A stretch of 50,624 nucleotides of DNA. It comes from an uncultured Spartobacteria bacterium (GTDB taxonomy: Bacteria > Verrucomicrobiota > Verrucomicrobiia > Chthoniobacterales > UBA6821). Each line of letters begins with the position of its first letter. The stretch's first letter is position 1. The notes under the pieces are model-generated. The model saw only the letters and a program-made list of their open reading frames with translations. It was not told the DNA's origin and searched no databases. Below are positions 1-8,822 of the stretch, one piece after another. A program made the translations under genes and the position numbers. Where the stretch lies: contig CAINEX010000019.1 of the NCBI GenBank assembly GCA_903847935.1, positions 1-50,624 of the forward strand, given 5' to 3'.

Positions 1-7
1 CTCCCAC

Positions 8-1411
8 ATGATCGGCTACACGGGCAAGGAGGCCCCTCTCTCCATCCGCCCCATCGAGAACAACGACCTGATCTTCAGCGAAAGCCAGGGCCGGGAGGGG
101 ATCGAGCAGACCTTCGACTACCAACTCAAGGGTCAACCGGGGAGTCTTCACATCACTTACGATGCCGATGGAAAGAAAACCTCCGAGCGGATCGCCCAGC
201 CTCCCGTTCCGGGTGAGAATGTCATCACAACCCTTGATCAGAACCTCCAACGCATCTGTGAAAAAGTGCTTAAAGAAAACTGCAAGCGTGGAGCCATTGT
301 CATCATCGATCCCTGGACGGGTGAGATCCATGCCATGGCTTCGTGGCCCGAGTACAATCCTAACCACTTCGTCCCCATTCTGAATCCCGATATTTACAAA
401 CAGCTGAGTGAGGATCCTTCAACACCACTCCTGCCCCGGGCATTCCGTTCCGCTTATCCTCCCGGATCAACTTTCAAGACAATCGTCGGTCTTTCGGGAT
501 TTGAGTCGGGTAAACTGACTGCAAAGGATACCTACAGCGGCCCGACCGCCATCGACATCGGTAACTTCACGTTCCACAACTGGAAGAAGACCGATGCCGG
601 CCGTCTGAATTTCGTCGAGGCACTGACCCAATCGTGCAACACCTGGTTCATTCAGGCGGGCATCAAGATCGGGGCTCCAAATATTATTGAATGGGCCAAC
701 CGCTTAGGGCTTGGAAAGAAAACCGGGATTCCTCTTAAAGGGGAAGCCCAAGGCAATATCCCCAACGATGACTACATGCTCCGGGTTCAAAAACGGAAAA
801 TTCTCAAAGGCGATGTCGCCAACATGAGTATTGGTCAGGGAGATATCCTGATCACACCGCTCCAGATGGCTCAGGCTTACGGCGTCATCGCGACTGGTGG
901 GCAGTTTCACCAGACACGTCTCGTCAAGCAGATCCAAGGAATCGATAACAAGGTTCTCTCAGCATATCCCGACCGCTTGCGCGATAACATTCAGATCAAG
1001 CCTGAGGATATGGAGACGCTTCGCAAGGCACTCATTGCAGTCACCGAAGATGGTCAGGGCACCGCCCATCACGCCCAGGTTAAGGGAACCACAGTGGCCG
1101 GCAAGACAGGCACGGCCCAGTGGGGTCCGACGAACAAACAGCGCACCGCCGCGTGGTTTGCAGGATTCGTGCCAGCGGAGCATCCCCAATATGCTTTTGC
1201 AGCCGTTTATGAGGGGGAACCAGGTGACAACACCATCCACGGGGGGAGTCATGCAGCTCCGCTTATCGGCAAAGTCCTTCAAGAGATCTACGGAGTGAAG
1301 GAAACGAAAGAAATCAACTCTCCGCCTGAGCAAAAAAATCCCACCAACTCCACGAATCAAACCGACCTGCCGACAAAGCCCGATCTGGAGCCCGTGGACC
1401 AGTCGAACTGA
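8..1411 (+). CDS. mrdA: Penicillin-binding protein 2 (class B transpeptidase), 5'-truncated by window edge
   Basis: SxxK (PGSTFK), SxN (QSCN) and KTG (GKTGTAQ) motifs intact; frame is open to the left edge. Confidence 0.85.
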   Translation: MIGYTGKEAPLSIRPIENNDLIFSESQGREGIEQTFDYQLKGQPGSLHITYDADGKKTSERIAQPPVPGENVITTLDQNLQRICEKVLKENCKRGAIVIIDPWTGEIHAMASWPEYNPNHFVPILNPDIYKQLSEDPSTPLLPRAFRSAYPPGSTFKTIVGLSGFESGKLTAKDTYSGPTAIDIGNFTFHNWKKTDAGRLNFVEALTQSCNTWFIQAGIKIGAPNIIEWANRLGLGKKTGIPLKGEAQGNIPNDDYMLRVQKRKILKGDVANMSIGQGDILITPLQMAQAYGVIATGGQFHQTRLVKQIQGIDNKVLSAYPDRLRDNIQIKPEDMETLRKALIAVTEDGQGTAHHAQVKGTTVAGKTGTAQWGPTNKQRTAAWFAGFVPAEHPQYAFAAVYEGEPGDNTIHGGSHAAPLIGKVLQEIYGVKETKEINSPPEQKNPTNSTNQTDLPTKPDLEPVDQSN

Positions 1412-1413
1412 TG

Positions 1414-1611
1414 CTACCGCAGGGAGCTATTGATCGTGGAGCGGAGAATAGCGTAAAATCGGGCGATGATGCCTTGGGCCATAGGCGATGGCTTAGAAGC
1501 GGAATGTTTTAACTCGGGGTATTTGGAGGCAAGATCCGAGGATCTTTTGAGGGCAGCCCACTGCCAAAGTTCGTCGGATGAACGGATCGGTGTTTTGATG
1601 GCGGTTTTCAT
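1414..1611 (-). CDS. Small hypothetical protein immediately downstream of lexA
   Basis: 65-aa ATG ORF starting 18 nt after the lexA stop and filling the gap to the convergent PBP2 stop; no recognisable motif. Confidence 0.45.
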   Translation of the reverse strand: MKTAIKTPIRSSDELWQWAALKRSSDLASKYPELKHSASKPSPMAQGIIARFYAILRSTINSSLR

Positions 1612-1629
1612 GAGTTGGGTGGCGAGGTG

Positions 1630-2244
1630 CTATCGTTGGGTATTGGTACGGATTAAAGCTCGGAAAACACCCTGGATAATCAGTTCACGCGCTGGGATCA
1701 GATCAGGGTACAACGGGTTTTCTGCCCGTAGAAATGGAACACTACCCTCAATGAGGTAACGCTTGAGCGTCACATCGCCGTCGATCAATGCGGCGACGAT
1801 ATCTCGATGCCTTGGCTCGGAGTGCTCAAGAATGACGATATCGCGGTCGAGGATTCCGGCCGCGATCATCGAATCACCCCTTACCTCAAGTGCAAAGGTT
1901 CTGGCACTTCTCGGGAGACGAATGGTTGAAGGGTCAATCGTTATGCACTTTTCAGAATCCTGCACCTGCCCCTCGGGGATCCCTGCGGGTATCATTCCAT
2001 AAACCGGAACCTCAAGCAGTTCAGGCCTTCGCTTGAAATCAGGGAGCAGGATGTTGCGGGAGCGTCCCGACTCGCGGCGGATCACCCCCTTTTTCTCCAT
2101 GAGATCAAGATGAGACGCCACGGTCGCTGGGGAACTGAATCCGAACTTACCCATGATCTCCCGCACGGAGGGTATCCGGCCGCACTCCTCGGCGGAGTCG
2201 CGGATGAAAGAGAGGATTTGGGTCTGTCGCAGGGTGAGATTCAT
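1630..2244 (-). CDS. lexA: LexA SOS repressor
   Basis: N-terminal HTH (LTLRQ..IL..I, PSVREI), Ala-Gly cleavage site (IPAG), Ser (GDSM) and Lys (TLKR) of the S24 peptidase. Confidence 0.95.
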   Translation of the reverse strand: MNLTLRQTQILSFIRDSAEECGRIPSVREIMGKFGFSSPATVASHLDLMEKKGVIRRESGRSRNILLPDFKRRPELLEVPVYGMIPAGIPEGQVQDSEKCITIDPSTIRLPRSARTFALEVRGDSMIAAGILDRDIVILEHSEPRHRDIVAALIDGDVTLKRYLIEGSVPFLRAENPLYPDLIPARELIIQGVFRALIRTNTQR

Positions 2245-2274
2245 ATACCGATCATTTGTTCGGTATATGAATCT
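2237..2274. promoter_or_regulatory. 15-bp perfect inverted repeat over the lexA start, containing a probable LexA operator (CGAAC-AAAT-GATCG on minus strand, 2249-2262)
   Basis: AGATTCATATACCGA (2237-2251) and TCGGTATATGAATCT (2260-2274) are exact reverse complements; centre is one mismatch from CGAAC-N4-GTTCG. Confidence 0.7.
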
Positions 2275-2451
2275 AAAATGCCGTACAAGGGAATTTTTAC
2301 AAAATCAGGTTCATTTTTCATTTATCACACAGACACCTGAATTGATCAGGATGAACCAGAGGAGACTTTGGGATCCCAATGAAATGGAATCGACCAAGCA
2401 ATGAATCCTACACCAAGGAGACTACACACGCATGGCGCACTTATCCTGAAC

Positions 2452-3378
2452 CTATTTATTTAACCCTTCCCGCTCAGCCAAAGACTCGATCGGATTGAAG
2501 TCTGATGCGTGGTAACTGCTGCGAACGAGCGGGCCGCTCGCCACATGGGTGAAGCCTTTTTTCCTGGCGATCTCGCCGTAGAGGGAAAATGTTTCGGGCG
2601 TGATGTACTCCACAACAGGGAGATGCTGAGGGCTAGGTCGCAGGTACTGCCCCATGGTGAGGACACTGACATTGGCCTCGCGGAGGTCATCCATGGCTTG
2701 AAAGATCTCATTCTCCTCTTCACCGAGACCGAGCATGATGCCGCTCTTGGTGACCATTTTCAGCCCCTTGCCCTCGCCAAGTTCACGGGCCCTCTTGAGA
2801 AAGTCGAGAGAGAGGCGGTACTTCGCACGGGAACGAACCATCGGAGTGAGGCGCTCAACGGTCTCGAGATTATGGTTGAAGATATGCGGTGCCGCATCGA
2901 TGACCGTATGCAGCGAAGAGTCCTTGCCGTTGAAATCGGGAGTGAGAATTTCGATGATGATCGCGCCATCCATGTCACGGATCGCTTGGATGGTACGGGC
3001 AAAATGCTCCGCACCTCCATCCGGGATGTCATCACGGGCAACGGCCGTAATGACGACATGTTTGAGCTTCATCCGTCGGACAGCCTCGGCAACACGCTCG
3101 GGTTCATCATGTTCAAGAGGAAAAGGCTTGGCTGTGTCGACAGCACAGAAGCCACAAGCCCTGGTGCAACGGTCACCGGCGATCATCATGGTTGCCGTAC
3201 CGCCGCTCCAGCACTCCCAGCGATTCGGACACTGGGCACTCTCGCAGACAGTGTGCAGGCGAAGATCCGAGATCATCGCCTTGGTAGAGAAAAAAACAGG
3301 GTTGGAAGGTAGGCGAACCTTGATCCAGTCGGGCTTGCGCTCCTGATGGAGGGAGGGATCAATCTTAGGAGTAGCCAT
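2452..3378 (-). CDS. lipA: Lipoyl synthase
   Basis: CX4CX5C (CESAQCPNRWEC), radical SAM CTRACGFC and C-terminal VRSSYHA motifs. Confidence 0.97.
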   Translation of the reverse strand: MATPKIDPSLHQERKPDWIKVRLPSNPVFFSTKAMISDLRLHTVCESAQCPNRWECWSGGTATMMIAGDRCTRACGFCAVDTAKPFPLEHDEPERVAEAVRRMKLKHVVITAVARDDIPDGGAEHFARTIQAIRDMDGAIIIEILTPDFNGKDSSLHTVIDAAPHIFNHNLETVERLTPMVRSRAKYRLSLDFLKRARELGEGKGLKMVTKSGIMLGLGEEENEIFQAMDDLREANVSVLTMGQYLRPSPQHLPVVEYITPETFSLYGEIARKKGFTHVASGPLVRSSYHASDFNPIESLAEREGLNK

Positions 3379-3508
3379 GGGGGAACATCTTAAAACGTTC
3401 GCAGTGAAAACGGAGAAAAAAATTCACGCTGAGGGAATGCCCCGAAAGAATCATTTCCAGCATCTCAATCCCTCTGCGAAATAATAGAGGAGGGGATATT
3501 TACTGCCC

Positions 3509-4063
3509 CTATTGACTGCCTAGGGGACGGACAGCAATCCGTGCCACTTCGACAGGAATTCCTCGGTCCCGGAGCATTCTTTCTGCTTCAGCACGGTCGG
3601 CCCAGTCAAGAGCGGTACGACAGAGAGGACGCCATTGGCGGAGCATTTCGCGGTTCACTCTATCCAACTTGGGCCTGATCTCAGTTGTCAGGTCGAGCGG
3701 TTTCAACTTGGGAACATCTATTCCCGAGCGCCATCCCGCGATCAATTCCTCCTGATAGCGGCGAGAGGCGGCAATCTGAGGGATGAAGAATCTTGTTACC
3801 TCTGAAGCTGAGAGCCCCTCCATTGATCCAACTGCTTTTAACTCCGTCAGCATCCGGGCTTCACGCGCAGGATCGGCAATCGGAATACCCTCCCGGCATT
3901 TACTCCAAGCCACCTCACGCGACAACTGAAGCCTCTGGATCATCAGGATAACCAGCGGATTGAGACTTTTATCAACTGAGGCCATCACACGGCTTGGAAA
4001 AACCGTGACCAAAAAACTTACTAAGAGGCAGACGTTTAAGAGGAACGATCGGCAAGGAATCAT
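3509..4063 (-). CDS. Exported (AroQ gamma-type) chorismate mutase
   Basis: Signal-peptide-like N-terminus from ATG 4063, then QRLQLSREVAWSK...PIADPAREA and DL..EIRPKLD motifs typical of periplasmic chorismate mutases. Confidence 0.75.
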   Translation of the reverse strand: MIPCRSFLLNVCLLVSFLVTVFPSRVMASVDKSLNPLVILMIQRLQLSREVAWSKCREGIPIADPAREARMLTELKAVGSMEGLSASEVTRFFIPQIAASRRYQEELIAGWRSGIDVPKLKPLDLTTEIRPKLDRVNREMLRQWRPLCRTALDWADRAEAERMLRDRGIPVEVARIAVRPLGSQ

Positions 4064-4067
4064 GATT

Positions 4068-4679
4068 TTAACGCTGTCCATACACGCCACGATTCGCCAG
4101 AGCCCGGTGCAGCGTTATCTGATCGGCATGCTCGACCCCTCCCCCGGCGGGCAAACCTTGGGCGATGCGGGTGACATGAACACCGGTCGGTGCAAGCATC
4201 TCGGCAAGATAATGGGAGGTAGCCTCTCCCTCAACATCGACCCCCAGTGCGAGGATCACCTCCGAGGGACGCTCCTCACCGATTCTCTCGATTAACTCGG
4301 CAATCCTGAGTTGTTCGGGACCGATCCCATCCAACGGGGAGAGCTTCCCCCCCAGCGAGTGATAACGGCCTCGGAAGACACCCGTACGCTCAAGGGGAAG
4401 GATATCGGTTGGTGATTCGACGACACATAGTTCGCGCCCGGATCGCCCCTCATCAAGGCAGAGAAAACACTCCTCCTGCTCAGCAAAAAAACCGCAAAGT
4501 CTGCAGGTTGTCAGCTTCTCATGAGCCCGGGAGATCGCGGCAACAATCTGTTCAGGCTTTGCATCGCGAGAACGAATGATCCAGAGCGCGATTCTCTCGG
4601 CGCTTCGAGGACCGATACCGGGAAGTCGTCGAAACTGACGGACCAGTTCACGGAAGGAGTCGGGATAGTCGAGAGGCAC
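4068..4679 (-). CDS. recR: Recombination mediator RecR
   Basis: LPGIGPRSAERIA HhH, C4 zinc finger, Toprim (CVVE..D), GLPAGG. Confidence 0.96.
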   Translation of the reverse strand: MPLDYPDSFRELVRQFRRLPGIGPRSAERIALWIIRSRDAKPEQIVAAISRAHEKLTTCRLCGFFAEQEECFLCLDEGRSGRELCVVESPTDILPLERTGVFRGRYHSLGGKLSPLDGIGPEQLRIAELIERIGEERPSEVILALGVDVEGEATSHYLAEMLAPTGVHVTRIAQGLPAGGGVEHADQITLHRALANRGVYGQR

Positions 4680-4775
4680 AGGATCGGGTGGCTGTTAACG
4701 TTTTATGCTGAGGGCTTTAAGGTCAGAATGAAAAAACAGAAAGAAGGATGCCATCGAGTCTGAAAGCCATTTTCC

Positions 4776-6041
4776 TCACACCGCTTCCGCCAGAAGTGCC
4801 CGCTCGGGGGTCGGTTCATCCTCACCCCGTCGGGCGCGTTCGACCCTCTCGAGATAATGATCAAGAGCCATATCGGGAATCCCGGGTATACGGGCTGAGG
4901 AAAATGCGCTGATGGATTCCGCCCATTTTCGTTCGCGGAAGTAGATGACGCCCTTCCAGAATTGATCACGACTGCGCTCGCGTTCCGGGGAGAGTGCATT
5001 CTTGGCAGCAAGGAATTCGTACAACTCAACCCGCCTCCGACTCCCGGCACGCTGGAGCAAATCAATCGGACGTCCCTCCAACTTTTCGGAGGCCAATTCG
5101 TAAGTCGTGGGACCGCTGAGAATCCTGCATCCGTATTGCGCGCAGGCCGCGGAGAGATGGCGGGCAAACTCCACGGCGGGACCGGAGACACTGAAGCGTC
5201 CCATTCGGGCGCCACCATAGGCAGCCGCAATCATCCCCCCAGAGTTCAGGCCGATCCGGAAATCAAGGCGTTTCTGCCAATGGGCATCACACTCGCGGTT
5301 GAGATCTTCCAAGCGAGAGACAAGATCAAGGGCGGCACGTGCCGCCTTGCAGGCGTGATTGAAGGTCCCCTTCACCGGTAGGGGCACGCCAAAGATGACG
5401 CGTATGCTTTCTCCCGAACATTCGTCAAGATAGCCTCCCACATCGACCAGGAAGTCGGAGGCCGTGCGCAGGTACATATTCATCAGGGAGACATAATCCG
5501 AGGCACTTAACGACTCCATGAGATCGACATGGTTGTGAATGGTGCAGACCAGCACGGAGGCCTCGTGAAGCTCTCCCGGAAAATCAACACCGAGACCGCC
5601 ATCCACTAAACGCCTGAAAATATCGGCGCGCAAGCGGTGCCCGAAGAGTCTGCGTAACACGGGCTCCCGGGATCCGGTGTCGGTTTTTTCAAAGATCAGC
5701 ACGGACACAAGAGCAAGCAGGATCGCAACGATCCCGGGAACAGGATTGAAGTAAGAGCTGTAGAGATTGGCCACCAGAGACGCTCCCAACAACAGGATCG
5801 CAATCATCGTCACGATAGTTACCGTCTCCTGGCGCGATGACTGAAGGGCGATCCATATGACGGCAATTTCCAGAAACAGAGAGGTTCCAATGAGCAATCC
5901 TCCGGCAACACCCTGCCACTGGGATTGTATCAAGCCCTTCCAAAAACCGCCCACTCCCTCAAGACCACCCGAAAAATAGAGCAGGGAAAAGAGGGCGCCC
6001 GTCAGAACGCCAAGGAACAGTGTGGATTTGATCAGCCTCAT
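4776..6041 (-). CDS. Membrane-anchored class III adenylate/guanylate cyclase-fold protein with degenerate active site
   Basis: N-terminal TM helices, cyclase fold pattern (GG.LD...G....IFGVP, FRIGLNSG), C-terminal TPR-like helices; catalytic residues substituted. Confidence 0.8.
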   Translation of the reverse strand: MRLIKSTLFLGVLTGALFSLLYFSGGLEGVGGFWKGLIQSQWQGVAGGLLIGTSLFLEIAVIWIALQSSRQETVTIVTMIAILLLGASLVANLYSSYFNPVPGIVAILLALVSVLIFEKTDTGSREPVLRRLFGHRLRADIFRRLVDGGLGVDFPGELHEASVLVCTIHNHVDLMESLSASDYVSLMNMYLRTASDFLVDVGGYLDECSGESIRVIFGVPLPVKGTFNHACKAARAALDLVSRLEDLNRECDAHWQKRLDFRIGLNSGGMIAAAYGGARMGRFSVSGPAVEFARHLSAACAQYGCRILSGPTTYELASEKLEGRPIDLLQRAGSRRRVELYEFLAAKNALSPERERSRDQFWKGVIYFRERKWAESISAFSSARIPGIPDMALDHYLERVERARRGEDEPTPERALLAEAV

Positions 6042-6147
6042 TGATGACTCGGTTGCTTACGGTTGAAAAGGAAACAATACACGGCTAACAGGCTTTCACC
6101 AAGCCGGATGGGAATCAAGAGTTCTGGAACATTCCGGATGACATCAA

Positions 6148-6176
6148 TTGACCATGTTCCCCGCAGGAGCCATCCT
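6148..6176 (+). promoter_or_regulatory. Candidate sigma70 promoter for the rluD operon
   Basis: TTGACC-N17-CATCCT about 45 nt upstream of ATG 6220; -10 element is weak. Confidence 0.3.
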
Positions 6177-6219
6177 TCTTCAAAACCTTAGCCTACGACA
6201 GCCAGCAACCGCCAATCCT

Positions 6220-7152
6220 ATGACCGATCCAGCAGTCCACGAAATCGCCGCCACGGAGGAGGATCGACGTCAACGACTCGACATGGTTTTGGTGAGACGT
6301 CTCCCTCAACTCTCCCGCTCCAAGATACAGTCCCTTGTAAAGTCAGGACGGGTGACCTTGCTGGGCTCTCCCGTACGCAGTAGCGACGAAGTCAACCCGG
6401 GCGATGTGTTCCGTGTGGTGGAGGAGCCCTACAAACCACCGGCGGGGGCTCACCCTGAGGACATTCCCCTGCACATCCTGCACGAGGATGAAGATCTCCT
6501 GGTTGTCAACAAGCCCGCAGGCATGGTTGTTCACATCGGAGCAGGTCACGAAGAGGGTACACTTGTGAATGCGTTGCTCCATCACGGAGGAACCCTCTCG
6601 GCAGGTTCCGAGGAGCATCGTCCCGGAATCGTTCATCGACTTGATAAGGAGACTTCGGGTTGCATCGTGGTGGCCAAGAACGATCAGACGCACGCAGCCC
6701 TCTCGCAGTGTTTTGCAGCCAGACAGGTAAAAAAAACCTACCTGGCCATCATTCGCGGAAGGCCCCGTCACGTGAAAGGAACCATCGATCTGGCAATTGG
6801 CAGACACCCGGTTCAGCGTCAGAAAATGACGCCGAGGCGCCCCCCTTCGGGACGTGATGCGCTGACGGATTACGAACTGTTGGCCACCCGCGATGGATGG
6901 ACATTGATCGCCTGCATGCCTCATACGGGGCGCACCCACCAAATCCGGGTTCATCTCCAGCACTTGGGCCACCCCATTGCGGGGGATCCCCTCTACGGCA
7001 AACGAGATAGTTTCAAACGCCATCTCCTCCATGCCTGGAAGCTCGAGTTCGTTCATCCCCGCACGGGTGAACCGATGATCTTCGAGGCACCGCTCCCGGC
7101 TGATTTTGGACTCGTTCCCCTCCCTCCTCCAAAGACAAACTCACGCCCATGA
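6220..7152 (+). CDS. rluD: RluA/RluD family 23S rRNA pseudouridine synthase
   Basis: S4 domain (RLD..L), NKPAG, GIVHRLDKETSG catalytic motif, TGRTHQIRVH; start placed at ATG 6220. Confidence 0.9.
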   Translation: MTDPAVHEIAATEEDRRQRLDMVLVRRLPQLSRSKIQSLVKSGRVTLLGSPVRSSDEVNPGDVFRVVEEPYKPPAGAHPEDIPLHILHEDEDLLVVNKPAGMVVHIGAGHEEGTLVNALLHHGGTLSAGSEEHRPGIVHRLDKETSGCIVVAKNDQTHAALSQCFAARQVKKTYLAIIRGRPRHVKGTIDLAIGRHPVQRQKMTPRRPPSGRDALTDYELLATRDGWTLIACMPHTGRTHQIRVHLQHLGHPIAGDPLYGKRDSFKRHLLHAWKLEFVHPRTGEPMIFEAPLPADFGLVPLPPPKTNSRP

Positions 7153-7994
7153 GTTCTAATGCAGAAGAATTCCAGACAGCCCTCAAGACGGCATTACCGA
7201 TCCTACAGGGTATGAAAAAAAATCTCCGTCGCGCCCCAAAAGCCACGCAGGCAAGCCTCCAAAGGCTGCAAGCAATCCTTCCCGCTTCGTTTGAGAGCAC
7301 TGGAAAGGTCGCCCCGGCCGCACTGAAGTCGGTTGCCGTAGCTCCGCTCGTTCTAACCTCCGAAGATGACGGACGGCTGGCAAAACTTGAAATCCTCAAC
7401 CGTAAGATCCTCGACTGCACTCATTGTGCTCACCTTGTGTCAAGCAGGACCCAGGTGGTCTTCGGTGTGGGAAACCCTTTTGCAGAACTTCTTTTTGTCG
7501 GCGAGGCTCCGGGCGAGGAAGAGGATCTTCAAGGCGAACCCTTCATCGGGAAGGCCGGTCAACTTCTCACCAAGATCATCAGCGCAATGGAATATACGCG
7601 GGAGGAGATCTTCATCGCCAATGTCCTGAAATGCCGTCCCGACATGCCGGTGGGAGAATCGGGCAACAGGAAGCCGAAACCTGCCGAAATGGCCACTTGC
7701 CTTCCATGGCTCAAGCAGCAGATCGAACTCATCAAGCCGAAAGTGATCGTGGCACTCGGCCTCACTGCTGTGGAGGGCCTGCTCGGCGAGCCTCAAACCA
7801 TGCGTGATGTGCGGGGCAAGTGGCTCGACTACAACGGCGTTCCCCTGATGCCAACCTATCATCCGGCTTACCTTCTCCGAAACCAGACCCTCGCCGAGAA
7901 ACGTAAGGTTTGGGAAGACATGCTCCTTGTTCTGGAGAAACTGGGACGCCCGATCAGCGGGAAGCAGCGCTCTTACTTCCTTGAGAAGGTCTAG
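7149..7994 (+). CDS. Uracil-DNA glycosylase family 4 (Fe-S)
   Basis: CxxC, GEAPG..ED, KCRP, TYHPAY motifs; 4-bp overlap with rluD. Confidence 0.92.
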   Translation: MSSNAEEFQTALKTALPILQGMKKNLRRAPKATQASLQRLQAILPASFESTGKVAPAALKSVAVAPLVLTSEDDGRLAKLEILNRKILDCTHCAHLVSSRTQVVFGVGNPFAELLFVGEAPGEEEDLQGEPFIGKAGQLLTKIISAMEYTREEIFIANVLKCRPDMPVGESGNRKPKPAEMATCLPWLKQQIELIKPKVIVALGLTAVEGLLGEPQTMRDVRGKWLDYNGVPLMPTYHPAYLLRNQTLAEKRKVWEDMLLVLEKLGRPISGKQRSYFLEKV

Positions 7995-8024
7995 GATCGC
8001 AGCGAGCCATTTCACTCATCAATT

Positions 8025-8822
8025 TTGGCACTCCAACCGCTGACTCCCGTGGCGATTCATCCGGCATCAGCAGCCTTACTCCGAAAACCTGTTCGACACC
8101 ACTCCTGCGGCAGCCTCCCGATAAGGTTATGGCGCTCACTCCTCCATTGGATTGTTATCAAGGCAGGTCGCCTGCTTTTCCTTCTCACCTGCAGGGTTCG
8201 CGTTGTTGAAATAGCTCCTGTTCCCAGACAGGGGGCGCTGATTATGGCCTCAAACCATATCAGCCACTTCGACCCCTCGATTATCAGTGGTTTCTTCCCA
8301 CGGCGCATCGACTGGCTGGCCATGGAGGAAATCTTTCGTTCCTATTGGTCAAAGCATTTCTTCACCTGGCTAAATTGCATCCCCGTGAACCGCAACGGAT
8401 CGGATCGCACCGCGCTCCGCAATGCCCTTCACCGATTGGCAGACCATCGGGTCATAGGCATCTTTCCCGAAGGGGGACTACGAACGGGAGAGTGGTCGAT
8501 CCTCAATGGAGCACCAATGAAGCCGGGCCTTGCTGCCCTTAGCATGCACTCCGGAGTATCCGTGATTCCATGCGTCTTGATCGGAAGTGACCGTCTCTAC
8601 AAACCGGCCAACTGGTTGCGTCGCACCTCCATCTATCTGCTGATTGGTGATGCTGTGGAGCCACCAAAGGAAGATGCGCACCAAACGGGAACAAAGGAGC
8701 GCTTTGCCTTAGAACTTGCAAAGGCCTTCACGTCAATGAAAGAGGAGGCTGTGGAGCGATTCGGAATATCATCGGAGGATTTACCTCAGTCACCCCAGCA
8801 CAGGAAAGGAGAGCGCACTTGA
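8025..8822 (+). CDS. Lysophospholipid (1-acyl-G3P) acyltransferase, PlsC family
   Basis: NHxSxxD (NHISHFD) and FPEG motifs; exact start uncertain. Confidence 0.88.
   Translation: MALQPLTPVAIHPASAALLRKPVRHHSCGSLPIRLWRSLLHWIVIKAGRLLFLLTCRVRVVEIAPVPRQGALIMASNHISHFDPSIISGFFPRRIDWLAMEEIFRSYWSKHFFTWLNCIPVNRNGSDRTALRNALHRLADHRVIGIFPEGGLRTGEWSILNGAPMKPGLAALSMHSGVSVIPCVLIGSDRLYKPANWLRRTSIYLLIGDAVEPPKEDAHQTGTKERFALELAKAFTSMKEEAVERFGISSEDLPQSPQHRKGERT

Noticed and set aside
2300-2450. Short inverted matches in the lexA-lipA gap (GGTTCAT/ATGAACC, CCTGA/TCAGG) suggesting an ncRNA
   Set aside because: Stems are only 5-7 bp and match no RNA family I recognise
2509-3346. Long plus-strand ORFs (267 and 203 aa) opposite lipA, and similar antisense ORFs throughout the ribosomal cluster
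   Set aside because: They are shadows of well-supported genes on the other strand, with no motifs of their own
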